Source: Raillietiella orientalis
Lineage: Eukaryota
Reading direction: 5' to 3'
Assembly (NCBI GenBank): GCA_036172245.1
Contig: JAYWIR010000016.1
Location: 930,001 to 994,000 of the forward strand
Length of the DNA: 64,000 bases
Shown here: piece after piece, positions 35,701-49,400 of the stretch
How positions within the stretch are numbered: the stretch's first letter is position 1
Layout: each line of letters opens with the position of its first letter
The notes under the pieces: generated by a model
What the model saw: only the letters and a program-made list of their open reading frames with translations
What the model was told of the DNA's origin: nothing
Databases searched by the model: none
Made by a program: the position numbers and the translations under genes

Positions 35701-38700
35701 TCTATTCTAAATTATCCTCATTGCTGAAATCAATTGTACTTTTCTAGATATGTGCCAAAACTTTCCAATTACCTATCAAAGATACAGATTCAGTTTCAGT
35801 GCTATCAAGATTATGGCATACAAGACTACTTGTTATGGACATAAGCAATGATTCTTAGTGAATATTCGGTTCACTGAAGATTGTAGACATAATGGAAAAA
35901 GAGTTTTCATCTCCTTCTCTGATCATCTTGTCTTCTTAAGATAAGATGATTCCTTAGTTTGTAATTTTAAAAATATGAATCTATTCAACAAATGTTCAGT
36001 AGTTAACTGAATGCGAATTGATAATGAACATTAATCCATATTCTATAGGTATTCTTTTGCAAAGTTAAGAATCATTTTTTAAAGTGCTGCATCACAATGT
36101 TGGCTTCCTTAATACTACATTCTTCTGTTATGTGAACCTCTTATTCTTTTCTGTGAACTGCTTAATGTTTCCATAATTATTTGAATAACAATCCATTAAT
36201 TATTAGTTTTGAAAAAGTAACCACATCAACACTATAGTCACTGCTTCCTTCTAATGACACTCTGAATTCTCATGAATCTTTTCTTACCTTTCATTATCAT
36301 CATGACTACATCATTATTGAGGTGCTAAGTTGATTTTCATTTGAATTATAACTTGGAATGACATTATTGTCATAATCACATTTCTTTCATATTTCCAATT
36401 TGTCTCTAATTTTGAAAAAAAATTCCATAACACTTAGCATCAATATGACAATTGTACTTATTTACAAGATATAGACATGAACCAGTTTCACCATATGATA
36501 ACCTTGGAATTACATTTGAATGGTTTTTTTTTTTTTTTTTTTTTTTACACAACATTGATCTAACAGCTACTGATATATGAAACTGAAACATTCTTACTTG
36601 CACTTCAAATAATTTAAAAATGTATTCTTTTGCTGTCATTAACTGAATTATTATCAACAAATTACCCACTGAGCACAATCAGTCAATGCAAAGTCACATT
36701 ACAAGGTATCACTTGCAACAGACAAAATAAATATACATGAACAAAGTATATCATAAAGTAGTTAGCTTTGATAAATTTAAAAGTTGTTTTAAAGATTTTA
36801 TATAATTCATTTAGGGAATAATAAGATTACATGAATATGCATTTTTCTGATTATAGCCAGTGATTCACACAGAATTGTATTCACAGAGCATCCTCATTAA
36901 TCTTCCTTATTTCCATAGTTTGTCTTTGCTATAGCAAAGAGTTTTTAAATTTGCTTACCAAGTCAAAAAAAAAGAAATTCAATATACAGGAAGCAGAACA
37001 AAGTTTGCATGATCTCCCTAAAATATATTCATTAAATTTGGCTCTCTTCATTAAGACCTTGATTTTTATCAAATGATAAACTATTTCTTTTTCCTTATTG
37101 GTATCACTCATCTGTTTAGCTGTATGATTGAATTTTTCAATTATTTCACATCCTATATCTGGGTCCCTTTTAAGCACTAACAGCACTCAAAAAGAAGTAG
37201 GTACAAGCAATTAGTGATCCCATTATAGCAGTGGGTATAACGATTGGAAAAGGAGAGATGAATTTTGGAAGCCTTAATTTAGTTTGGAAGCATTTTATTT
37301 AAAGGATACTGAACTATTCTTTCTTTAAAATATGATGATGATGAAAGTTTTCTTTTAAAATAAAAAATAGCAAACACTCCATAACACTGCTGATGCAACA
37401 CATCATATACACACACTTGTCAATAATTACAAAAACTTTTGAATTGATTTATGTAGCATAGAGGAAACTCTTAATAGGAACTTATGAAAACAAAGACACT
37501 ACTCACTGAAGAAACCAAAAACAGAAAAAAGCTAAAGAAATAACATTTTGCAGTCAGAAGGAATTTATATTCTAGCTGTTTAATTTTTTTTACAGCTGAA
37601 AAATAAAACAAGCTGGTGGATATCAGTATGCATCGGAAGCATAAACTCAACACTGCTTCATTTTTCAAGGAATATCTACCACCTTCGTGAACTGCAATTT
37701 TGTTTCAAAATATATAAAAACATGGTTTTCAAAAACCATTTTGAAGACAATGGGAAGCACAAATGTTAGAGAACATCTTCCTTTTTATCACGGAAACTTT
37801 TCATAAAAAAGGGAAGGTTTATATAATGAAACCAAATATTTTATAACAAGATATTAACACTTTGTTTCAGGCCTTTACCAAAACTCCTTGTGTCAATAAC
37901 AAAAAAAGATACCTACAATTTTTTTAAAAGACCCAAATCTCCTTTTAACTTTTTCTATAAACATCTGACATTCATGGGGTCACAATTTAAGGCCTAAACT
38001 CATTAAATATTCTTTCATTGGGCAAAAACCTTACTTATAAATGTAATCAAGAGCCCCTCCAAAATAAGTATGACAATATTAAAATCAAACCAAATAACTG
38101 GTAATTTTTATCCCATTCCTAGAAAATTATATGTACAGTTTTTCATAAATTTTATTTTCTTATTGAATTCTTGGCCGAAAATCAAAAATGGAAGCTCAAA
38201 CCTTAACAAGTGCATTTTTTGCTCCTGGAAACAAGTATAAGTAATCACATAATTTTTCCAAAGTTTCGAGTTTTTCCATATTACTTTTGGAATACCGCAA
38301 ACTATGGATAATATTTTTTGCATTGTTGTGTGGAGCAAGTGGAACCTGAAACAGAATGTTTATGATAATAAAAAATCTGTGTAGCATTTCATTTACTCCA
38401 AATAATACAAAATATGAACTCAATACAATGGACCTACATAAAATTCATGCTTCCACTATTTATGTTTCATTTTTACAAATTATATCTCAAAAAAGACAGA
38501 ACTGTTTCTAAAAACAAGCATTACACACATAATTGGTCATGCATGACTACTATGAAGTAAATAAAGTGGTGAATGTATTTGATACCACCTTACTTTAGAT
38601 TCCACTTTTTGAAAAAATTTTGATACTCGTGCACCACTTTTCTGATCTTCAACGCTTTCACTCTGCAGAAGTTTCAAGTATTTAAATGCAAGATATGCTG

Positions 38701-38740
38701 GAAGGCGTCCCAGCTTGCGGATTGTTGATTCAAACCCCAT
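32712..38740 (-). CDS. PNPLA8: Calcium-independent phospholipase A2-gamma (patatin-like); exons ?38740-38594, 38345-38202, 35451-35297, 33853-33529, 33478-33287, 33240-33045, 32995-32712; true 5' end uncertain
   Basis: [34 protein letters not shown] (catalytic Ser), [21 protein letters not shown] (catalytic Asp), VSLGTG, YFRFNP; all splice phases consistent. Confidence 0.96.
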
Positions 38741-40778
38741 GAAAGTCCCTGAACTTCTTCGACTTTCACTTTGAATTTTAATAATTTTGACTTTTTAATC
38801 TGGCGTCTCCCACTTGGAATTAACAGGACATCTAGAATTCTTCCGAAATTCTCTCGATTTACATCAAATTATCAGCGGCTACATCAGTCACAAGCCATTT
38901 TTTAGGAAGATTCAGTGCACAGTACCCTCATAAGCGAATGATTCCATCTTATAAAATCACGGTGTTAATTGTTCACATTTTTATTCCTCTCTAAAGCATA
39001 GCCTCATAAGCACACTCACTGTATTTGGTCTACAAGCTCCAAAACTTTTTAACATTTCACACCTCCCTTCATTAATCATTATTACCAATTTTTTTCAGGT
39101 ATTTTTACAAAAATTTCAAATCATGGATATCCATAGTGTTTAATCCTAAATTTCACTATGATTCTGATTCATCTTTGTACGCTTACTTAGTATTCTAAGC
39201 CTTGAAGTTACAAATATAAATATTTACAAATTTGAATGTAAAAAATAAGCACATACAGCTTAATAAGTTCTTTGTTAATTTTGAGTCGATTAATGCATTG
39301 TCTGCATTAATAAGGAATGGAAAGCAAGCAGACATGAATTTACCTCTAGCTAGCGAGAGAATTCCAGATGGAGTTATCATATGATGAATGTATTTCATCA
39401 GATATTTACTGCACTAATTTCGATAAGTGAATGAAGATGGTAAATAAACCTACTTACCATTTTAGACTTGGAAGATGCATTCCATTTAGACTTTCAGTTT
39501 ATTAATTATTTTGTTATAACTGTAGTATATGCTTAAGAAATGAAGGTATTCAGTCGATCATTAAACAATTGGCGTAGAAAGTAAATTTTCTAAATTGTTT
39601 ACTGAATTCATTCGATTTCAGGACTTGTCATGTCGTTTCAGATAATCCATCTCTATTGTTTCTTAATGGAATATGCATAAAGAAGAATGCAAATACACTA
39701 TTTTTTGTCCTTGTATCTTGAAAAAAAAATGTTGGGAATTACATTTTTTAAAATTTTTTCATAATGATCAGAAGTTTTAAACCAACTAGTACGAAAACCT
39801 AATCTTGAAAAAAAGAGATATTTTCTTAGAATTACTATGTATAGGCAAGAAATGTACAGATCTACAGATTTTATCGATTTTGCAGTACTTGCAATAGAAC
39901 TGAATTATTATATTCAGTTCCTTTCAATGTAGTCATCTATCTATCTAATGACACCGTGCAGTATGTTTGCTTTAAGCAACTGGGAATATAAGTTTTCATT
40001 AATAAAATCAAATATGTTTGATGCTTCCTAGCAACTCGTGACTGTATCATTTAATTTTTTAGGATACTGGGATCTAGTCCTCAATAGTTTTCAATCTTTT
40101 CAAAGTTTTAGATATATTTTACACGAAAAGTGCCTATAAGAATAAGGAAGTTCAAGTAAAGGAAAAAACACACTGATGCATGGAGCATTTTCTCAAAAAT
40201 TAAAATTGATTACTCATTATTATTATCATGGTTTGATCTGAATTGCCTCTATGCAATTCCCAAGCGAAAGCAAATCTGAACACTTCATCCCACTGTTATG
40301 CACCCAGACAAAATCATCAAATCACATGCTTAAATTCTGTTTCGTGATCCATTTTACTGCAAACAGATTCTACAAGTATGAACCTGCTCTCCATTCTAAA
40401 GGAGAATTCCTTGTTTATATAATTTCTTTCTGTACAACTGCTTATAAGTTTTTCTGAATATTCCTTAAACGTTTTCATCGTCAACATCTTTTCGTTTGAG
40501 AAAGTCTTTGTATGAATTACCGACTTACCAATTCCTAGCTCCTAGCTCAATTGGCTCAGCCAGCTAATGAGTAACCAATATTGTTGCCAAATTTGTCTTA
40601 TTGGCATTGATAAAATAATACTTCTCGCCTGAATATTTTAAAATCTAATCCATATGCAGTAGTAAGTATGAATCTTATTTTTGTTTCTCTGATCGCATTG
40701 ATTCCATTCAGTTCATGCATACACAGTGCTCTGTTAAAACAGCAGTTGAGAACCAGAAAGTAAAATGACTACATTGAA

Positions 40779-40818
40779 ATGATATAATCATGTATATATA
40801 TATACATGATTATATCAT
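40779..40818. repeat. Perfect 40-bp AT-rich palindrome with a (TA)n centre
   Basis: atgatataatcatgtatatatatatacatgattatatcat equals its own reverse complement. Confidence 0.95.
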
Positions 40819-41399
40819 ATAGGCGTATAATAAAATCTGTTTCTCGAACTAGTTCAGTGCATTTTTTTTTTATTTTACAATATTGATGCTTCACTTTTCG
40901 ACATCGTTTTGCACTGAATTTGTTTTCTCTGTCGAGAATTCCATTTTATGCGCACAGTGGAATTTATCTTAAGAAGAAAAGTAAAATTTTATCAACATTT
41001 TTTTTCCGGATCGACTATGAGCACTCTCTTGTGTTACTTAAGAAAAGTCATTTAGATAAATTACATTTTACTATCTTCTGACTACGCTAATTTGTACTTG
41101 CGAACTGATATTTTTGCTTTCTGTTTTTTTTTTTCAAACACAGAACACGAGATTTTGCTGGGAAGTAAATATGATGGCTGCATGCCTTATGCCTCCACAG
41201 AGAGTGCGTATTTTCCCGAGATCAGGAAAACCACATACGCAAAGTCAGTCTTCTCTAGACATATTTTCTAATCTTATACATGAGAAATACTTAGAATTTG
41301 GGGGGTTAATAACTTTCCTTGTATGGATGCGATGTTCATTTGAAACATAGGGCTTTTTTCTTTAAAGATTGCCAGCGCCAGGCGAGTACGGGCTTCCCG

Positions 41400-41816
41400 C
41401 GGACCAGTGTCTCGCGGCGGAGCTCATCCCCCTGGTGCTGAGTCTCTCGTCGCTGATGTGGGATGCTGATCCTGCTTCTGCTCAGAGAAGGTGCGTCCCA
41501 TGCAGGAAAGCGTAGACGAGCGCCACCTTAACAACGGGCGTCCGGTCACCCTGGTGAACTCGGGCATCAAGTTGTTTTTGAAGCTGTGGGTTGTTGCGCG
41601 ACTAGGAAGGATCGCCGACTCCTTGGAAAGCCCGGAGCAGACCTACGCTCTTCTTGAGCGGTCCATGGATGCGAACCTCCTTTTAGCGAGAACGTGGTTC
41701 CACCTGCAGGATTCTGTCGCTCTGCAAAGCCGGGCAGGGGGAAGTACCTCCGCCGCAGGCAAGAGTTGGAGGAGTAGACGACAAGAGGGAACGCCGGGTG
41801 CCAGGGGCTGGAAACG
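41400..41816 (+). mobile_element. RT N-terminal fragment of the Tx1-like group, related to element C
   Basis: NNGRPVTLVNSGIKLF...SPEQTYALLERSMDANLLLARTWFHLQ, compared with SANTNLLYAKTWFRLQ at about 28340-28400. Confidence 0.75.
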
Positions 41817-43600
41817 ACATAATAAATATTGTCTGCGAGATATATACAGGAAGTTCACCTTCGTTCAACTGGGAAGCGCAGAGAGTAGGACCTTCTCCGT
41901 GCGGCGCGGAGTGAAGCAGGGATGTCCCTTAAGCTCACTCCTTTTTATCATACCGACCGAGCCGATTCTGCGCTCGATGAGGCAAATCTACGGGGACGAG
42001 GCGACATGAGCCTATGCCGACGACATCGTCATACTGGGGAAGGAAGAAAGGAAAGTTCAGGAAATGATGGCACATTTCCAGAGGTTAGTCGACCAGGCCG
42101 GTCAATGCATCAACGCGGCAAAATGCGCCTCGATATACTACAGCGACCGAACCCCCAAAGGCATAAGGGACGTGGACATCCGGGGTAAGGAAGGGAAAAC
42201 CCCTTGTATTGCCTTATCACAGGCATACAAATATCTGGGAAAACCCTTTGGTATGAAGGTCTTCAACATGCAACCGACTAAGGAAGACATCTGCCAGAAG
42301 GCGAGTGCCATACTTGAGAGTGTACTCTCAGGATGGCAGAAAATGGACGCAATGAAAACTTTCTTCTATCCCAGCCTACTTCACCACGAGAGGCTGGGAA
42401 CTCAGCGGAAGGAGAAATGGCAGTATGTCGACGAGCAAGTAAGGAAGAAGCTAAAGAAAGCCCTTCACCTACCATCCTGGGCAGCAAACGACTATCTGTA
42501 CGGAGAGAGAACGAAAGGCTACCTAGGACTAATGAAGCTAGCTCAAGAGTCCGATACCTTCATCGTGGACAGCTGCTTCAAGCTGCTTACGTCGGCAGAC
42601 AAAGCAGTAAGTAAACTTGCAAGAACAACCCTGGATGAAATCGTCCAAACACGGATGCAAGAAGCCCCGACAGATGAAAATCTCGGGGAATTCATGACGG
42701 GCAAGAAGATCGCAAGGCCCAGTAGAGATGTTCAGAGCCTCTGATCGAAAGGAAGGAGGGTCTCTATAAGAATGAAAGTCCGCTGGGAGTTTCGGCAAGG
42801 AGAACACAGTATCACGGTGGACGGAATACTCTTCACCAGCAGTGCAAGAAGATGGCACGCCTCCGCCGTAAGAGCATTGCAGAGAGAGCACACCTGGCAA
42901 TACCTCATTGAAAATCACGTTAGTCAAGGAAAGGCCATGCAGTGTGTGGGAATATACTACAGGTTCATCCATGCGGCAAGACTGAACCTTCTGCCACTAA
43001 ACGCTTGGCCAACGGAGAAGGTTCATCAAAGGATACGTCGGCGTTGCGGAACAGAGGACGAGACTTTATCACACGTGCTCAACAGATGTAAAAAACACGT
43101 GCCTCTGGAGATGCAGAGTCATGATGCTACCCTGGAAATTATCAAATGGACAGACCATCATAGTCCTAGGATGAAACCAATTGGACTCCGGTATCAAGTG
43201 ATCGCAGAGTGCCAGGAACCACCTCCACTCTAAAACGAGACCTAGTTTTGGAGAAAAGCGACCGAATGGGTGTGCTGAACATCTCCTGCCCGTTTGAAAA
43301 CGGAAAGGAGGCGTTTACCACATCTAGGAAAATAAAGGAGGCCAGATACCATGATGTCGCCATGCAACTCGGAAACGCTGGGAAGATAACCAAAGTGCAG
43401 GCGATTCTTGTCGGCCCACTTGGAGCATGGGATCCTCAAAACGACAACGTTCTACAATACCTAGGAATTGCGAAGAAAAAGCTGATAAGGCTACGGCAGC
43501 GGAAGGCAGCCACCTGCATCCGCTTTTCAAGCAGATCTATGCAACGCATGTAAGAAGAAAAATGCAGCCCTACCGGATGATCTGGACCATGCTCTCACTA
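41817..43600 (+). mobile_element. 5'-truncated, decayed RLE-type non-LTR retrotransposon (NeSL clade, Utopia-like)
   Basis: GVKQGCPLS, AYADDIV, YKYLG, WQKMDAMKTF, LPSWAANDYLYG, FKLLTSAD, QGK, RFIHAARLNLLPLN, RRCGTEDETLSHVLNRC, decayed PD..D motif (KRDLV...NISCPFEN), VGPLGAWDPQND. In-frame stops present. Confidence 0.92.
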
Positions 43601-46499
43601 CGGAAGAGAGCACCGAGGAATCGTGAGAAACATGGAGAAAAGATTATTCGCGAAAGATTCTCCAGAGCCATTCCAGCAACAGTGATTGTAATAACCCAAA
43701 CGCCAATAAGATTACCCTTCGGAGACAGCCAGGGTGAAGGTGATCTCCATTTCCGGGATCCCTCCCCAGGAGCTAGAGGAACGGACTCCGAGTCCTTCCT
43801 GGATTCATAGGGCGGACCCCTCCCGGGCTACTCCCTATCTTGAAGAACTACTCACCCTCTGGCGTGGCGTGGAACAGTGTCGAAGAACTGAGAAGACAGA
43901 AAAAGGATTTCCATCATTTTCCCTTGCTAACCACCAAGAAAGTATATCCAAATATGATTTTGAGGGAACAAATATAAGATGACACAGGAAAGATGATTCG
44001 AAAGATAACCTCGTAAATTTTCGCATAAAAGTAGCCAAGTCTGATTAGCATCAGTAAAATAAAAAATTAAGAGCGATGATTTTTGAAACGTGTGAAGGGG
44101 AGACGGGGGTAACCCTGAAATTTCTGATGACGTGATTATGTTTCATGGAGATGTGTCAATCACGCTTACTAAAGAAAGATTACGAAAGAAACCATAAATG
44201 CAAAAATGCTGATTCGGTGCTCCCAGGAATATTAGTTGAGAAGGAGATGGAAACGAGAACCAAAGGGAGAAACAAATGCCTCTGGCATTTGGAGAAAACG
44301 AAACTCGTGAAGGTGATAACAACGTCCAAAGTCAGGATCCAGTAAAAGATTTAGTATTATGGATATTCTACGAGGTTGTGAAAATCTTTCATAATAAGAG
44401 ATGCAAGTTCTCGGAAAATTGCATCCACTTAAGGGGGGAGGGAGGAAGTAACGATCTTTTCTTAGATGAGTAATGACCGGAAAAAAGAGTGTCTTTCCAA
44501 TTTTTTTTTTTTTTTCCAACCAGTTGAGGTGCTCAGTCCTCATTTAATGTGCTACTAATAGTAAATGATCAAGACCAGAACTTTAGCAACATCCTGGATG
44601 ATTAGATATGGTGTTATTTGAACGAAAAATGTTATCTTGATATGATATGCGATATCTTTTCTTCTCAGAGGGTAGACTGCTGAAACTCTTGAAATCCAAC
44701 ATTAGAGTCTTGAACTTACATCAAAGTTAGTTTTGTCAATCTTTGCAGATTCCTTGTTAAATTGATTTTTCTATTCATTTTTATCGGGCACCTTCTAGTT
44801 TATTGTAAATGATGAAACTTTTGGTCAATTGGGCATAGGCACTTTTAGTATTCAGCTGGAACGAGAATCTTCCAAGGAACTTCTGGAAAGAATTACAAAA
44901 TGAAGTTTTATAGAGAAATTCGGTAATTTTGATTAGATAAAAGTGATTCCAACTGATCGCCGCAATTTGATCAACGGACCTCCTCTTTTACCTATGAAAG
45001 CACTGCCTAAAGGACAATAGACGTGGCATGAAATTCACAGTTGTGTGTGTTCGGTGTACGTTAATTTTTACAGTTCGTACGGACGACGTATACCATAACC
45101 ACCTTGGTCCTAAGAGAATTAGTGAGAGTTTGCGAGTTGCTACCTTTTGCCCCCACAGCAGATTTCGGTAAATCATCCAGAGGGTAAGGACTCGCCCCGT
45201 TCACGAACCGAGCATGTGATGGAGTGGCATCGGTTCGAATCAATGCCTTTCACTTTCATTCAACGTACTTTCACGTTTCATCGGAGATCCACCGAGTTGT
45301 CGCCAATCTGTGCAGCGGAAACCGAGAGCAGATCGGAGGACCACTGCGTTGATGGCCCATCTCAGGCATTGCAGACGACGCAAAAGTGGTCCTCGAGACC
45401 AGAAAATCTGCTGCATTTTATATAAAAAAATTCTAAAGAATAAATGAATGGGTGGGCGATTTCTCTGATAGAAATTGCTGCCCTGCGTCATCTTTAACGA
45501 ACCGAAAGAGCACTTCTTATCCTTCGAAAACTTTCGGCATCCGGAAAAAAAGTAGACGTTGATAAAGTATATTTCATCTGTCGAAACTGAGACCTTCTTG
45601 GTACGCAAAAAGGTTCACAGAGCTGAAACATGCAAATGAAAAATGAGACCCACCTCGCAAAAGCTCCACAGAAATGAATTCCCGATAGCACTTCTAGAAG
45701 ATTTGGATCAAATTTGGAAAGATGATACAACTATCATATTCATTGAGTGATACCGAACACAACATACATAAAATAATTATTAATACATGGCATAAGACTA
45801 AATCGGAGTTTCGCTTTACAAGCATTCATTAGAAGAAGCAGTAACTTGTTTTCAAATGTTCCAACTCGACTTAAGGATATATGGAAATAATTGCCTGTTG
45901 CAATACACACATACGTTTCACACAGCATGCATGAGTGTATCTTATTAGTTTTCAATTTTTTTTTTGTTTGTTTGTTTGCATGTCTTTGCTGAACTCAAAG
46001 GAACAATACTTTATTCAATTATTGAATTGGAAGGAACAAAAATTGGTTAGCATTTTTTTTTGCTGCTTATAACTTGGTTACCCTGAGAGGATCATTCTCT
46101 AAAGAAATCTGAATCTTTGTACCATGAAACCAACTACTTTCCATCATTGAATTTTCGAATTACGATAAAGATGCAAGACATTTTGCACTCTTTTCGAGGA
46201 GATTCTGGTGAACATTTCTTTATAGAAATTTCTTCTAGGTCTTAAAATGGAAATAGAATTATGAAATGATATGCCGTTAATACAGTTATAGGATATAACG
46301 GGAACACGAAGTGTCGGTATAGCTTAGTGGCTAGGCTGATGAAATTGTACACTCGGAAAAAACTTGGTGACGGGACTCCAGGGAGATGCGAGACGAAGTC
46401 ATGCACCGGATAACTCCCCTTTGTGCAGCCGATGTGGCCAGAGATAAAAAAGACCATCCCTCATGCACCACTCGACTATGATTCTCCCCACGAGGTGTG

Positions 46500-49400
46500 A
46501 GGTAAATTTATTAATCATTCATAAAAAACAAACTAGAATTCACGGGATGTCACTTTTGTGTTTTGACTTTTGGGAGTCATTGCACTTAGGTCTGCACTAG
46601 GAAGGACTGGGTGTTGGTTTTTCCTGGATTATGTCCTCGATCCTTCTCAGGATATATCGGTAAGTCTCGGCGGACACTTGCCCACAGTTCCTTATTCCGA
46701 TCTCTTTTTGGATGAATCCCCGCAGGATCTCCATGGGAGATGCCTGGAGTCCGGCTGTCCTGGAGGTCTTCATCTTCCACTATCGTATCAGGATGGAGGT
46801 GGTTGTCCTTACCATTGTGTTGTGGAGGGGAACGTTTCCGTTTCCCTGGAACACCCCGGCTAGGACTTCCGTCTTCGAGATGTTCGGCAGCTCTATAACT
46901 CTTTTCATGATCTGCCAGTCCTGGTGCATTGTGGGACAAGTTAGGACGTGAAGTCTCGTGTCCCTGTCACCACACGCCTTGCAAGCTCCATCTTCCCTTT
47001 TCCCGGTGAAATACTTCATTCTGGACAAGATCAGGATTCCTCCGTGATAGAACATTAGCAGGTTGTCCTGGGTGTCCTGCGGTAGGTCACTCCTCCAGAG
47101 CGTCGTTCTGATCGCTAGCAGGTTGACCCTGTCGCTTCCGTAGTGATTGGCGGCTTCCTGGAGGGCACTGGTGTCTTTGTCGGCTTCGGTGTAGAATTTC
47201 CTTGTGCATCCTGGACCACGTGTAGTTGTGGTTTTTCCACACTTCGCGGGTCCTGTGGGTGAACCTTCCGATCATCATATCTATACATCTAAGTCCTCGG
47301 GAGTGGTGGAAGAACCCATCTCGTTTCCACTGTTGTATCCTTTGCAAGGTGACTGTGGGTCACTGGTAGATCCAGCCCGCTTGTCGGTGGGGACCGGGAG
47401 CATCCAGGAGATCACCAGGATGGATTCTTCCCCCCAGAGTTCCTTGCTCTTACGCACGATCTTGATTTGATGCTTTCGTACCAGCGCCTGTTTCCTCTTC
47501 CAAGTCAGGTCGATGGACCGCCATTCCCCTGCTCGGCCTAGCAACTCAGTCATCAGGCCTCTCGAGTTGTTCAACAGCGACTAGACCCTGTGAGCAGCGT
47601 ATGGCCAGTCGTCTTAACGAGTCGCGATGTTCAGAAGTTGTCGCGCGTCCATGATATCCACGGCGTGTCCTAGCGACTCCACCCTGGTGGAGTCCCCTCC
47701 TTCCTCATTAGGACGACACAAGGGTTTGAGTCTACGGTACGCCTGCCAAAGAGTATTCCTCTGCAGCTTTTCCACTTCACGGCGGGTGTTCTTGTCTAAT
47801 CTTCTGAAGGCCGCCCCAAAGGGTATATTTGGAAGTAGGACGCCATTCCAAAGATTGGCCCTCCGCTTCATATTAAAGTTCACCCAAGTGTACTTCGCTG
47901 CTTCCTCCCTGGTCTTCCCAGGATTTCGGTACACAGTAGCTTAGACACTGAGTCTTCACCGTCATGGACTCTTAGGTATTTTACAGTATCTACCGTTCGG
48001 AATATTTTCTCCATGAGTGAGGAGAGGTCCAGGATTCCTACGGGCAAAAGTTGACTCTTTTGGACGTTGATTTTAAGGCCCAGTCCTTGCTTCATGAGCT
48101 CCACCACATCCAGGAACACTCGCTGGTCTCTCCACCCCTTAAGGAAAAAGAGATCGTCCTCGTAGGCCAGATGGATGAGTCGCTGGTCATCAATGGTGAT
48201 TCCTCGGAGTCGTCCACTTCTCTCGATCAAGGAGGAGAATGCCTCCATGTATATGACAAACAGCATCGGAGTGAGAGTATCGCCTTATAGAACTCGCTCC
48301 ATCCGGATGGCTTCTGTTTCCTCGCCGTTGATTTGATGCGGAAGTATTGCTCTTCGAAGACCCTCTTCACGAAGCTGCTGAAGTGTTCTGGGAGGCCCAG
48401 TCTTCCCAGGATCTTCAGCAGCATCTCGTGGTTGACTGTGTCCAAAGCTTTCTTTGTGTCGGTGGAATCCAGTATCAAGTTCCCGCCGACGTATCGGCTG
48501 AGTCCAGTGATAGTTTAGACACACTTGACCGACATGTGGCGTCTGGGCACCGCACACGTCTGGACCGGAGAGATCAGCTTCAGCAAAGCCGCGCCTAAGA
48601 GGTTGGCCCAAATCTTCTCCAAGCACTTGGCATCCGCATTCAGAATGGAGATAGGCCTCCATTGGGTAAACTTGGTCAGGTCACCTCTTTCGGCAGCAAT
48701 CTCACCCTGCTTTCGTAGAAGGATGCTGGTAGTCTTCCTTCTTCACAGATGCAGAGTATCAGCTGGTGAAACAGACGCAGCTAGGCATGCAGGCACCGCT
48801 GGTAGTGTGTGATGGGAACACCATCAGGGCCTGCAGCCACATCTTTGCGTAGCTCAGCAAACGCAGCTTTCACCTCTTCCGTGGCGATTACCTCTTCGAG
48901 TTGCTTCCGTTGGCGTTCGTTGATTATCCTGCTCAGAAAATGAAGGGACCTTTCTTGTTTCTCCAGGCACAGTTGTCATCGGAAGTGGTCGGTGTAGTGT
49001 CCTTGGAAGGAGTCCACGATGTCTTCCGACGAGTGCCTGCATTCAGTACCGACGGCTTTGGCCGTCGGTACTGATTGGATGCAGATTTCTGTCCCAGATT
49101 CCTCTTCTTCAGCACGCCGACTTCCCCTTTCACATTTTGGAAGACGTTCCGGTTCTCGTACTGTTCCCAATACTTCGAGAGGGAATGATCCTGGATGTTC
49201 TGCTCCCGGTACGCTTTCTGTCTCAGTCACTTGTCCGCACACTGCATACTGCAGAACAGATGGACGCGATGCTTCAGACTGTCTCGATCGGAGACTCTGC
49301 GGATAGTGGTATCCTGCAGAATCGCCTTTGCTGACTAACTCGTGATAGGGATGCGTCTCGAACCAGCGGGCTTGCATATGAGCGCCGCCCTAGTGGCCTT

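Noticed and set aside
46330..46370. CTGATGA...GAAA hammerhead-like core (also near 4139 and 18290)
   Set aside because: No stem II or stem I/III pairing can be formed.
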